DNA of 64,000 nt, taken from contig OX597831.1 of NCBI GenBank assembly GCA_951406725.2, positions 61,814,001 to 61,878,000 on the forward strand. Direction: 5' to 3'. Made by a program: the position numbers and the translations under genes. Below are positions 1 to 12,435 of the stretch, one piece after another. The notes under the pieces are model-generated. The model did no database searches. It had not been told where the DNA came from and saw only the letters and a program-made list of their open reading frames with translations. The DNA comes from Octopus vulgaris (taxonomy: Eukaryota). Position 1 is the stretch's first letter; every line of letters starts with the position of its first letter.

Positions 1-164
1 ACTTCATATTTCTAGGAGAGAAAAGTATTATAACCAAATCGATACATCATAGAACTTCTAGTTCATATTGATACATATTTCAGAGTTCATCTTAATTCTA
101 TATTATGTATTACACCTATTTGTAAGCACACCTTTTTAATGAATCGCTTGGAGATACTATTTTT

Positions 165-540
165 TATCTTTTACTTGTTTCAGTCATTTGACTGCAGCCA
201 TTCTGGGGCATCGCTTTGAAGAAATTTTATTCGAATGAATCGACCATAGTACTTTTTTTCTGTTTTATTAAATCCTGGTACTTACTCTATCGGTTAATTT
301 TGCCGAACCGCAAAGATACGTGGATGTAAACACAACAACATCGGTTATCAAGTGGCGGTGGAATACACATACACACATATGACGGGCTTCTTTCAGTTTC
401 CGTCTACCAAATCCCCATACAAGGCTATGGTCGGCCCGAGGCTATAGTTGAAAACACTTGCCCAAGTTGTCACGCATTGTGACTGAACCGAGAATTCTGT
501 GGTTAGGAAGCCAACATTTCATCAAACAGCCACGCCTGCA
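165..540 (-). mobile_element. tRNA-derived SINE, family A (head GGCGCAGGAGTGGCTGTGTGG...)
   Basis: Reverse complement matches the + copies at 25314 and 46034 in head, body and ...GACTGAAACAAGTAAAAGA tail. Confidence 0.85.
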
Positions 541-1039
541 TCTATGTTTATGTTGTATATTTTTGTGGTAGACCTACTATCAAACATTTTAGAGATCGAA
601 AAATATTCTCATGAAAAATATGAGTAATTATAAGTTACTCCCCACTGCAAAGATAATATTTGATCGTAAAACATTCATTATGCATTTGCAAACATAAAAC
701 GGCGCTTGTCATATTGTCTTCGAGTAAATTTCCAAATCGAGCTTCGTGGTTCAAAAAACTTGCCTGAGAAAAAGTATCACAGCTACTGCCGTTCCACGTT
801 CGTATAGACATTATAAATGTTATGCATACTGTAATTTAAGGCTGTTTCAGGTGTGTATATTAATTTTATTCTATTGATTGGCAGTAAAAGACAATCATAG
901 AAGAAAAAGAGCCAATGACGTGGATATGTTGAAGAGGGACCCCAACTTGCCAGGAAGTGACTTACACACTTGGTTTCATGACCTTTCTCTGCGGCACACA
1001 TAGAATGAGACATGCTGGATCCAGTTATGAAACTGCAAA

Positions 1040-1330
1040 GAACTACCGCTGACCCGGTTATAGTTTTGAGTCGTGCATTCTGTAGTATGTCCGTCATGCG
1101 TAGCTCCTCTTCGTCTACTGGTTCAGGTGTTGAGATCTGTTGTAATTATCATCTGCTGGTTCCACCGTTGGAGTTTTGGGGGTCGGTCGCGCTTAGTCTT
1201 GGTCCTCGTCTTCAATCTTGCCGCCAAGAGTGGCCCTACCATGCGTTTAGAACTCGCGACGGCATCGCTCTCAGAATCATTGGTCCACGCAAGCTTCTCC
1301 ACTAAAACAAGGAGCAGTCATCACAGGGGA
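1040..1330 (-). mobile_element. 5' region of an RTE-clade LINE (remnant)
   Basis: Minus strand CCTTGTTTTAGTGGAGAAGCTTGCGTGGACCAATGATTCTGAGAGCGATGCC resembles the RTE/Expander 5' UTR motif as I recall it; GC-richer than flanks. Confidence 0.45.
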
Positions 1331-1450
1331 ATTGTTTTTCTATTATTTGTGCGTAAAACAGATATGCAATAAAGATTGCTTTACGTAAATAAAAATAAAG
1401 CAAAAACAAAAATAATACATTTATGATATCTCACGATCAGTAATCATATT

Positions 1451-1590
1451 GGTTTCAAATTTTAGCACAAGGCCAGCAATTTCAGGGAAAGACATAAGTC
1501 GATTAGATCGACCCCAGTATCGAACCGATATTTGAACTAGCATTGAACCGACTCCGGAGGGATGAAAGTCAAAATCAACTTCGACCGAAT
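1451..1590 (-). mobile_element. 5'-truncated SINE (family B related) with 16-bp TSD
   Basis: GATCAGTAATCATATT at 1435-1450 and 1591-1606; body similar to 5880-6020. Confidence 0.75.
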
Positions 1591-1824
1591 GATCAGTAAT
1601 CATATTATCACTTTTTCAAGTATTCTTCAACTTGCTGCTTCTGTAAATAACAGAATGTAAATCAGGGTCAGAGTTCAATATCAGAGAAGTTACTGCTTTA
1701 GGCGCTGAATAGAAATATGCTGGAGCTGCAAGTTTTTTACTGCATCCACAGCAACCTTTGCTGTTTGTAATAACAAAAAAGAAACATGATGTTGTTTAGC
1801 ACTAATTCATCTATGAGCGGACGC

Positions 1825-1825
<1 letters not shown>

Positions 1826-1906
<81 letters not shown>

Positions 1907-1940
1907 TTATCTCTCCTCTCGCTGTACATATATACGTATG

Positions 1941-2034
<94 letters not shown>

Positions 2035-2212
2035 TATATGCATATATATATGTATATGTATATATATATATATGTATATATATATATGTATATATATATA
2101 TGTATGTATGTATATATATATATATGTATATATATATGTATATATATGTGTGTATGTATATATATATATTTTCGTGTTAAGTGTTAACAAGTGAAAAATA
2201 CACACATCTATT

Positions 2213-2292
<80 letters not shown>
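1826..2292. repeat. (ATCT)n plus (TA)n microsatellite
   Basis: Direct reading. Confidence 0.95.
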
Positions 2293-2296
<4 letters not shown>

Positions 2297-3540
2297 CAAT
2301 ACTGTGTGACCATCCACTAGACTATCAAATGTTGTCTTACGCCGCTAATCACAGTACATTTCTTTGCATTTTTGTAGTTTCGAATAATACCGCCCCGCTA
2401 GTTAGACAGGCAGACCAACACAATACAGACACATACAAACGCACATATATATTTGTATACACACACAAACACACACACTTATATAATGTATATGTATGGA
2501 TGAGGCGCGTGTGCGTGGTATCCTTGAAAAATCGACGGACTAGCTGCATTTTCAACGTTGTTTGATAATGGGTTTGTTCAGTCATGATTGAGGTTGCATT
2601 AAAGAACAATCATATGACGTGGGATACATTAAATGAATGCGTTTTAATATAACGATTTATTGTATGACTACTGATGGTGAAAAAACAAAATCATAGAAAA
2701 TGCTTATAGCGAAGAGTGGGGAAACCGTTGTTATATAAATTCATGCGCAGAAACAGAATTTCATTTTCTCACAATACAAACAATCGATTAAGATTTAATC
2801 ATGAGTTATCGCCTCTAATGATGCCACTTGTTCTTATTTGCAGGCATCAACATTAAATTTAAATAAAACAAAAATATCTATCATAGGTTGATCTTGATCT
2901 TGATTTAGTTTTTTTTTCATGCGTTCATTTCATCAATATTTCTGGTTCTACAACAATAAATGTAAATCGACTTGTATTTGTCATAAAAATTTCATTGAAC
3001 TTTGAAACCAGATTTTCAATATATTCTATGAATAAAATGCAGATTAACATCTAGTAATTATTTTCATATCACAAGAAGGAGAAATGAGCGTTGCTATTTT
3101 ATTTGTAGCACAGTTTGTTTTTTTGTTGTTTTTTTTTTGCTTTTTTTCTAACAACACATTGTTGTTAGTGGTTTATTAAACATTTCTCTAATTATCTCTT
3201 GCTGAAAAATAATATGATATAAAAAGAAGGAAATGAAAATAAAACTTGCAAACTTTTTTAGGTAATTTCACTCAGAAGTTTTTGGCATTTATTGACATTT
3301 TTTAAAGCTATGTTTATGAAGAATTACATTGGTAAGGAGAAAATGATTAGAGAAAGAGAATGTTGTATTTTAGATGTCATATTTGCAAGAATGACGCCGC
3401 TTGATTAGTCATTACACTTATGCAGTTGGAGATGGTGATGAGGAAGAGAAGTTTATGCAGAAAATGTATATGAGTCAGGCAGATATGAGTCATGCAGTTG
3501 TTTTTAGAATGAAGAAACTAAAGACAGAAATATCATCGAT

Positions 3541-3667
3541 TACACACACACACACATACACACACACACACTTACGAACACGCATATAGACACACGCACG
3601 CATACACACACACACACTTTCACACAATAATCACACTTACAAGTAGTGCGCGTACACACGCGTGTGT

Positions 3668-3708
<41 letters not shown>

Positions 3709-3829
3709 TACAGGCATGTATGTATACTGTATATATATATTATTCAGTATAAATCAATATATATGTTTACTTATATGCCTGTATAGGTATACATATATAT
3801 ATAATATATATACATATAATATATAATAT

Positions 3830-3870
<41 letters not shown>

Positions 3871-3919
3871 GTACATATATATATATATATATACATATAT
3901 ACATATATATATATACATA

Positions 3920-4008
<89 letters not shown>

Positions 4009-4030
4009 GTGTGTGTGTGTGTATATATAT
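3541..4030. repeat. Compound (CA)n/(TA)n microsatellite
   Basis: Direct reading. Confidence 0.95.
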
Positions 4031-5205
4031 ATCAAGAGAGAGGGAGAAAGAAAGAGCTGTCTACAGTATTAACAATCTGTTGACGTTAACAATAACGGAT
4101 CATGCATTAAGCAGCTATAAAGTAGCTGGTTCAATTTCCAGTTATGCATAACCGAGACATCACAGATTACTATTTTTACCATTTTCTATATCTGCTGTTT
4201 CATTTCGTCCATGTTCTCATTGATTAGACAATCTGCTCTATCACATTCAACACTATGCCAAAAGAGTCATGCCGCTGGCACCATCTTGGCTGCTGTATAT
4301 ATTGGTTAAGCTGGCAGAGGTGATCAAGTGACATGAAACTACTTAACCAGGCTCCAGTTCCTGAATTGATCATTTTAGCTATATTATTTATTGATCCCAT
4401 GAGGATGAAAGCAGGCTAAAGCATCACTTAGCAGAATGCTAGCTGGAATATTTTAAATTCATGTACGAAAATATAAATAGTACGCTGCATTTACAAAATC
4501 TGGTCATGAAAATTTAATGTCGTAGACTCTAGGTTTTATTCTAAAGAGGTTTATGTTGTTGTTATTATATAAATTCACCTAGTGTAGCACTTTATGCAAT
4601 ATATACATTACCATATCTTCAGTCATGGTTTTCGGCTAAAAACCCACGTTGACAATAAATGCAATCACATCACTAAACGGGCGATTAGAACTGACTATTA
4701 ACTTTACTGTAAAGCCTTATACTTTTTATCATTTAATTCCCATTAGGTCACATGTACTCGAAATTTTTGCTTTCTCTTTTAGATATAAATTCAAATCCAT
4801 CGTAGATATTTTTTCAGAAATCTGACTCACATAGAATAAAGGTTTAAACCATAAATCTTAACGAAAATTATAGCAAGTATTCTGTATGATTTCTAGAGAT
4901 ACTTTGTAGGATTAAGTGACCAGTTCCTTCTATAATTTACAGTTATTTATGTAACTGAAAACAAACTTCCATAACCCACACTGCGATTATTGTTGCGCTT
5001 TTCCACTTAAGAAAGAACACTTACTTGGTTCAGACTACTTAACTAGAAATAGACTTCATGGTGACACTCAGATAAGTGATTTAAGAAGTAGAATCATTCT
5101 ATATAAATATGGTGTGTTTTCATATGTTATAGCAATGAGCTCAAATTTCTTACGGATATCTCGAGAAAATATGATACAATATATAGTATTACTTTTGAAA
5201 TTAAA

Positions 5206-6020
5206 GGCGGCGAACTGGCAGAATGATTAGCACGACGGGCGAAATGCGTAGCCGTATTTCGCCTGCCGCTACGTTCTGAGTTCAAATTCCGCCGAGGTCG
5301 ACTTTGCCTTTCATCCTTTCGGGGTCGATAAATTAAGTACCAGTTACGCACTGGGGTCAATATAATCGACTTAATATGTTTGTCTGTCCTTGTTTCTCCT
5401 GTATGTGTTTAGCCCCTTGTGGGTAGTAAAGAAATAGGTATTTCGTCTGCCTCTACGTTCTGAGTTCAAATTCCGCCGAGGTCCACTTTGCCTTTCATCC
5501 TTTCGAGGTCGTTAAATTAAGTACCAGTTACGCACTGGGGTCGACGTAATGGACTTAATCTCTTTGTCTTTTCTTGTTTGTCGCCTCTATGTTTAGCCCC
5601 TTGTGGGCAATAAAGAAATAAGAATCGTTAACACGTCGGGTAAAATGCATAACAGCATTTCGTACATCTTTAGCTTCTGAGTTCAAATTCCGCAGAGGGC
5701 GACTTTGCCTTTCATCCCTTTGGAGTCGGCAAAATAAATATCGGTTGAACACTGGAGTCGATATAATCGACTTACCTACTCTCACGAAATTGCTGGCCTT
5801 GTGCCAAAAGTTGAAACTAAAAGCTGGCATAATCGTTAGATCGTCGGGCAAAATACTTAGCAGTGTTTCCTCCGTCCTCATGCTCTGAGTTCAAATTCTG
5901 CCAAGTCGCCTTTGCCATTCATCCCCTCGGAGTCGTTAAAATAAGACCAGTTGAATACTGAGATCGATGTAACCGATATATCCTCCTTTAAAATTGCTGG
6001 CCCTGCGCCAAATTTTGAAG
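5206..6020 (+). mobile_element. SINE family B (GGCGGCGAGCTGGCAGAA... head), about four head-to-tail units
   Basis: Core TCTGAGTTCAAATTCCGCCGAGGTCGACTTTGCCTTTCATCC recurs near 5275, 5459, 5676 and 5884. Confidence 0.9.
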
Positions 6021-6140
6021 TCATTATTGAAAATGTGATTGGACACTGGTCTGGTAAAATTTGTAGATTGATCTTCAAAAGACGCTGTGGTATTTAGTTT
6101 CAACTCTTTAGATTCCAAGTTCACCTTCCACTTTTCATCA

Positions 6141-6214
<74 letters not shown>

Positions 6215-6849
6215 AATGAGTGTGCAATACTGGAAGTTGAAGTTTGTTATTCAAAATCATTAGAGTAACATTCACTGAAAAACACTTGGTGCTTGGGTAG
6301 AAGGTAATTCATTAGAAAATAAGTAAAAAGAAAAAACAAAAGAAAAATGCAGAATGAGTGATTACAACGTCAACATTCTGCCAGGAACAACTCGTCAGAG
6401 CTTCTTTTGAGTGACGAACTGATGCCGTTAAAATTCGACCTGATAGTCACTCTGTGTTCCTTACAAAATAAATATTCTAATTTGTATTTCAGGCTATCAA
6501 ACAAGGAATGTTGCTCGGGGAGCTACTTTCCAAGTCTTATGATAGTATCTACCTCGTGTATGAGAACTTGGTAAAGGGATGCATTTCGATACTTATGACA
6601 TTGAAAGGCAGTCTAGATCGACGTTTCTTCTGACTCTTATCAGTTTGAAAATGAGTATCCTCTTTTTGAGTATTCGTTTTTTTTTGTTTGCAAGCAATAA
6701 GCATCGACACATGACTGATGGTCTTCGGTAAATCAGCTTTTTCTCTGTCTTCAACACCCTTGATGGTTCTTTTTATTTTGTAGTTTCGATTTTCTTTACC
6801 TCTTGAGTGTCTTTCATGTATTGCTTTGCAGTAGTAGACAGGGCATATA

Positions 6850-7108
6850 AATAAATAAATGCGCGCCCTTTTAAAGCCTACCCAGGCTCATCGGACCGGT
6901 TTCCCGGTTTCTGTGGCGTATGTGTTCCCCAGCTGGACGGGATGCCAGCCCATCGCAGCGTTACTCATTTTTGCCAGCTGAGTGGACTGAAGCAACGTGA
7001 AATGAAATGTTTTGCTCAAGAACACTACGTCCGCCCGGTCCAGGAATCGAAACCACAATCTTACGGTCATAATGCTGACACCCTAACCACTAAGCCACGC
7101 GCCTCCAC
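6850..7108 (-). mobile_element. tRNA-derived SINE family C with 14-bp TSD
   Basis: TSD AGACAGGGCATATA at 6836-6849 and 7109-7122; A/B-box-like head; homologous to 40987-41249. Confidence 0.9.
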
Positions 7109-7755
7109 AGACAGGGCATATAGACAGGCGTTAATTTGCCAGAATGAGGGTTCGATACATTGTTGGAAATATTCCTCTCCAATTTCATTAATAGCATTTA
7201 ATACCGCCTGTTGGTCTTTTGCATACTTTTGTAGAAAATACTTACTCTTCAAAAAAGTACTTCAAAGCTAAAGTTAATTTTCCTTGAAAACTTTTAAGGG
7301 CATATTTTACCGATATATAATCGTGACTACTACTAAAATGATCGTTGCGGTTGTGGCTACTATTTGCCATAGTCATAGTAGAGAGACAATGGTCAGTTGA
7401 GACAATGGCCTGTAATGTATCTGTTGGAATGTCGCTAACTGTGAAACAACGTGGTGTTGTAATATCGTTCACAAATTTGTCCTGTTTGAAAGAAAGTTAA
7501 TCTCATATCTTTTCTGAGTGAAGATACATTCACTAACTTTCTTCTTCCGTTCTACAAATGTTTATTGTTGGCGTAATTATTTCGCAGTAAAATATTTTAG
7601 TTCTCGGTGCAGCTTGTCCCAGTATGCTTTTAATCTAGTTATATATCCAACAGCGGGGTTTTGTTTTGCTCTTATATAGCAGTTAAATAAATCATTATTC
7701 AGTTCATAACTGCAAGAAAAATGTGTTTTGTAGTTATGATATCTCATATAGCCAC

Positions 7756-8108
7756 TGTGGAGGCGCAATGGCCCAGTGGTTAGGGCAGCGGACTCGCGGT
7801 CGTAAGATCGCGGTTTCGATTCCCAGACCGGGCATTGTGAGTATTTATTGAGCGAAAACACCTAAAGCTCCACGAGGCATCCTGCAGGGATGGTGGTGAT
7901 CCCTGCTGTACTCTTTCACCACAACTTTCTCTCACTCTTACTTCCTGTTTCTGTTGTACCTGTATTTCAAAGGGCCGGCCTTGTCACTCTCTGTGTCACG
8001 CTGAATATCCCCGAGAACTACGTTAACGGTACACGTGTCTGTGGAGTGCTCAGCCACTTACACGATAATTTCACGAGCAGGCTGTTCCGTTGATCGGATC
8101 AACCGGAA
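7756..8108 (+). mobile_element. tRNA-derived SINE family C
   Basis: Head TGGAGGCGCAATGGCCCAGTGGTTAGG...GGTTTCGATTCCC with pol III A/B boxes. Confidence 0.85.
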
Positions 8109-8344
8109 AGAGTTTGTTTACCTTTTGTGATGATGTTTTCGCTGTGTTCTTGAAGTATGTGTTATTGTTGATGTTGTCTGGTCCAGCCATGGTAATTGTT
8201 GTAACACTCTGCATGGCAAAGTCAAGTTTCAATCGAAAATCACTACGATCTTGAATAAGAGACTCTTTCAGTTAACTCATCTGAAGATTAACCCGTTATT
8301 TAACAAAGCTGATAGCTGTGGCTTCATAGTCGGAGATAGTGCTC

Positions 8345-8805
8345 TTCGTATGCTCATAGACAGGGTTGTTAAGGAACCTGACATGGGCGGGTCGCTGATC
8401 AATTTAGATCAATCGAAAGCTTTCGATAGGGTCGACCATTGTTACTTGGAGGCCGTCCTTAGAGTAGCTGGTTTCGGTCCCTTACTTCCGCGGTTGGATC
8501 GCTGCCTTATATAGCGGCATCGTTCGGTAGTTCGCGTAAATGGTCATCTATCCAGACCGTTTAACATCATGCGTTAGATCCGTCAAGGAAGCTCCCTCTC
8601 GTCGCTTTTGTACGTATTGGCTCTAGAGTCACTACTGCGGAAGGTGACAATGCTGAGAACTGGGATGCAGGGAGAGCGTGTCTTCATACATGGATGACGT
8701 CCCCGTCATAGTGTCGAGCCACAGGCACATCAACATGGACGGCGAGAATAGCAAGCGGTAACGGCAATGAAACGTAACTCGGAAAAGTTAGTGGAGTTGC
8801 GGCTA
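8345..8805 (+). pseudogene. L1/Tx1-clade reverse transcriptase fragment
   Basis: LINLDQSKAFDRVDHCYL, then RQGSSLSSLLYVLALESL and a YMDDV-like motif, with frameshifts and stops. Confidence 0.75.
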
Positions 8806-9149
8806 AATTCTATATCTAACATAACTGCACAAAATCCAGAACTGCATACCTCCCTTACAAATAATCTTTTTACTCAGGAACTATTAGACCTGGCACCGTT
8901 CATTAGTCGGTGTTCATTCAAAGCAATGAATAGCTTATGACGAAACCATGGTATGCTTTCGGACTCTTTAATCATCACGTAATAATGACTTTTATGACTT
9001 TTATTACTACCTCAGTCCATCTAAATGTATCGTTACCTTTCAAAATAAGCCTTTTCTTTTTTTATTTACAATGTGCATTTTCGTTGATTTTTCTTATTTT
9101 CCCCTTACATCTCCACGTGTATTTTCTATTTTTTTTTTAAACATATTTC

Positions 9150-9190
<41 letters not shown>

Positions 9191-9195
9191 TGTTT

Positions 9196-9371
9196 AGGCG
9201 CAGGCGTGGATATGTGTTAAGAAGCTTGCTTCCCAACCACATGGTTGCGGGTTTATTTAGTTCTACTGCGTGGCATCTTGGTTAATTGTCTTTTACAATT
9301 GCCTCCGGGCCAATTAAAACCTTGTAAGTGGATTTGGTAGACGGAAACTGAAAAGAAGCCCGTTGTACAGA

Positions 9372-9436
<65 letters not shown>

Positions 9437-9656
9437 GTGTGTATTTGTGTCTGTGCTTGTCCCCCACCATCGCTTCTCAACCGATATTAGTGTGTTTACG
9501 TCCTTGTAACTTAGCGGTTCGGCAAAACTGACCGATAGAATAAGTACAAGGCTTACAAAAAATAAGAAAAAGTCCTGGGGTCGTTTTGTTCGACTAAAGG
9601 TGGTGCTCCAGCTTAGACGCAGTCAAATGACTGAAACAAGTAAAAGAACAAAAGAA
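9196..9656 (+). mobile_element. SINE family A with internal microsatellite
   Basis: Homologous to 25314-25750. Confidence 0.85.
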
Positions 9657-9663
9657 TATATAC

Positions 9664-9705
<42 letters not shown>

Positions 9706-9730
9706 ATGTGTGTATACAAGAGAAGAAAAC

Positions 9731-9861
9731 TTGGCGATACAATTAATGAATAACAATTGATTTACATCAATTACCATTTATTAATTAATTACAAAAAGAC
9801 AGAATTTGTAATAAATGATAATTGATGTAAATCAATTATTATTCACGAATTGTGTCTCCAA
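9731..9861. repeat. Imperfect inverted repeat, about 53-bp arms
   Basis: 9731-9783 pairs with 9809-9861. Confidence 0.85.
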
Positions 9862-10018
9862 TTTCTGTTTTCCTGGAATATCGATAAACTCTATTCTATT
9901 TTTGTCATTACTTATCATTTATGAGCATTACCACCAATGCTCATGATTGAATATAGGTAATACACCAGTGGATTTATTGGATGCAAGTATCTCTTAGACG
10001 ATTGTTTTAGCCCCTAAG

Positions 10019-10252
10019 AGGCGACGAGCTGGCAGAAACGTTAGCACATCGGGCGAAATGCTTAGCGGTATTTCGTCTGCCGCTACGTTCTGAGTTCAAA
10101 TTCCGCCGAGGTCGACTTTGCCTTTCATCCTTCCGGGGTCGATAAATTAAGTTACCAGTTACTCACTGGGGTCGATATAATCGACTTAATCCGCTTGTCT
10201 GACCTTTTTTATCCTCTCTGCGTTTAGCCCCTTGTGGGTAGTAAAGAAATAG
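10019..10252 (+). mobile_element. SINE family B, full length
   Basis: Head and core as at 42471. Confidence 0.9.
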
Positions 10253-10307
10253 GTTGTTATAACCTCTAACTTAACTCCCCTATACACACACACGCACACA
10301 TATATAT

Positions 10308-10525
10308 ATTTCTTTACTACCCATTAGGGGCTAAATACAGAGGGGACAAACAAGGACAAACAAACGGGTTAACTCGGTTACATCGACCCCAGTGCGTAAG
10401 TGGTACTTAATTTATCCACCCTGAAAGGATGAAAGGCAAAATCGACCTCGGCGGAATTTGCACACACATATAAATATTTCTTTACTACCCACAAGGGGCT
10501 AAAAATAGAGGGGACAAACAAGGAT
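10308..10525 (-). mobile_element. SINE family B 3' fragments, inverted relative to the upstream copy
   Basis: TATTTCTTTACTACCC...GGGGCTAAA...AAAGGATGAAAGGC. Confidence 0.85.
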
Positions 10526-11290
10526 ATATATATGTACACACACATATATATGTACACAGAAATAGATTTAAGAAAAGTATGCGCGCGCGTACGTGCGGCT
10601 ATATACACATTTATACACATATACATTAGGTTGGAAAGAAAATTCTGCCGCATTTCATGATGTAAAAGACACAAATACTTCTTTGGATTAATTGATGTAT
10701 TTAATCAACATCTCTCCCGTCATTATTAATAAAATAATCTCATCTATACAACAAATTATTGATCCCTCGAGTGTAAAATTCTCCAGATTTTGAAAGAAAG
10801 AAACGCTACTTTTTAACAAATTTATAAAATTTGTTGTGTCTGGAGAGAGTTATATTTTTTTAAAGCTTTAGTATCTAAAACACTCCCGGTTCGATTTCAC
10901 TAATTTCTTATTTATATTTTTTCTTTTCTTTCTTCTTTAAAAAATTTTGTTACTTTTGCAACATTATCAATGGATGTCGACTCTGTCTGTTATTGCTTCA
11001 ATACACGAGTTCACAAAGAAACTTGCAAACGAGATACAAAAACGAAGTTGATAAATTATTTTCTCACTAAATACTGTCGTGATGATGATAGTCAGACGGA
11101 GTAAGATCAGGAGAGTTAAGAAGTAGGCTATTATGTACGTCTCAGTCAACCGACTTAAGAAAACGTGTATTGGCTGAGTTTCACAAAATCGTCTTCTGAA
11201 GGCAAAAAGTTTGCGCTGTAGCGTTCTCACCGTTTTAGCTAAAAGTTTTTTTCACTACCGACATCTTGTTTTATTACTCACACTGCCTTA

Positions 11291-11810
11291 GGATCTTTAC
11301 ATTTTGACCGACAGATTTTAAAAATAATTTTTAGCAGCTAAACACTTTCAACCTTCAGACACTGGTAGAATGTGTCATATAAAATATCTTTTACTCTTAG
11401 AATTTTTGAAAAAAGCTTATGTTTAGGAAGTTATTTCACATTAAAGTTCTCGTATTTCGGTAATTACAACCAATCAATTGACCTGTATTCAGCTGAATAA
11501 AATTACTGCCGTTGTTTGTCAACAACAACTATCGTAGGGTTAGGGTTTTAGGGTTAGAGTTGTCATAAATAATAGTGACAAACGAAATACACACCGCCGG
11601 AAATTCTTATTGACAAACAACAGCAGTAATTTTATTCATCTGAATACACGTCATTGATTGGTTGAAATTACCGAAATACTACAACTTCAACGTGAAATAA
11701 AATGCTAACAGTAACCGATGTTTTATATGACACATTCTACCAGTGTCCGAAGTTTGAAAGTGTTTACAAAAAAATATTTTTAAAATCTGTCGGTCAAAAG
11801 GTAAAGATCC
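11291..11810. mobile_element. Palindromic MITE, Merlin-like (GG termini, 8-bp TSD), telomere-like core
   Basis: TIR GGATCTTTAC.TTTTGACCGACAGATTTTAAAAATA at both ends; TSD CTGCCTTA/CTCCCTTA; internal TAGGGTTAGGGTTTAGGG. Confidence 0.8.
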
Positions 11811-12029
11811 CTCCCTTATCCTAACGCTTAATTTCCCACGCTACTCTATTCCTCGTCTCTGTTGTTCTCGATCGATTCATCTTGTGCTATGAACTACAAT
11901 AATACTTTGATTCCTTTGCTATTCTGGACTGACAACATTTCTTCAGTCAAATATTAACTTTATCTACTCTGTTTAGTCTTCGTCAAGTAATATCTTCATT
12001 TTGTGTCTCCCCTTAACCACCCATAGTCT

Positions 12030-12435
12030 TTTCAATGCCTCAGAAACCTGGACGTTATCAAAGAAGCTTGAGAGGCGGTTGGATGGAACTTACACTCGCC
12101 TCCTCATGAGATCTCAAAATCTCTCGTGGAAGCGTCATCCAACCAAAGTACAAATATATGGGAAACTACCACCTGTATCATCTCTTGTGAAAGGTAGAAG
12201 AGTCCAGTTTGCTGGACATTGTTGTAGAGCTGAAAACGAGGCGATTTCTCCTCTTCTCCTCTGGAAGCCATCTGCTCGCGATATCAGAGGGCGCACACTG
12301 TTCTACCCTGATGTAATCTCCAGGGATACAGGCATCCAGTAACAGGACCTCCGTAATGCTATGATGGGCCGTGAAGTCTGGCGTAACATAGCAAATTCCA
12401 TTGTCTCGACCACGGTCGAAAAATAATGATGATGA
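12030..12435 (+). mobile_element. 3' end of RTE-like LINE
   Basis: SETWTLSKKLERRLDGTYTRLL...RRVQFAGHCCR; (ATG)n-type tail; same family as 56310-56545. Confidence 0.8.

Larger units (their letters stand above)
6510..8318 (-). mobile_element. Decayed R4/Dong-like LINE (5' end and N-terminal ORF), interrupted by two SINEs
   Basis: Colinear with 31300-33232 (shared terminus CATCTGAAGATTAACC...AACAAAGCTGATAG); peptide AINEIGEEYFQQCIEPSFWQINACLYA. Confidence 0.7.

Noticed and set aside
6365-6402. Minus-strand CUGACGA motif
   Set aside because: Followed by AGAAU rather than GAAA; stem II is mostly G-U
7756-7832. tRNA gene calls at SINE heads
   Set aside because: A/B boxes are present but run straight into SINE bodies with tails and TSDs; no convincing cloverleaf
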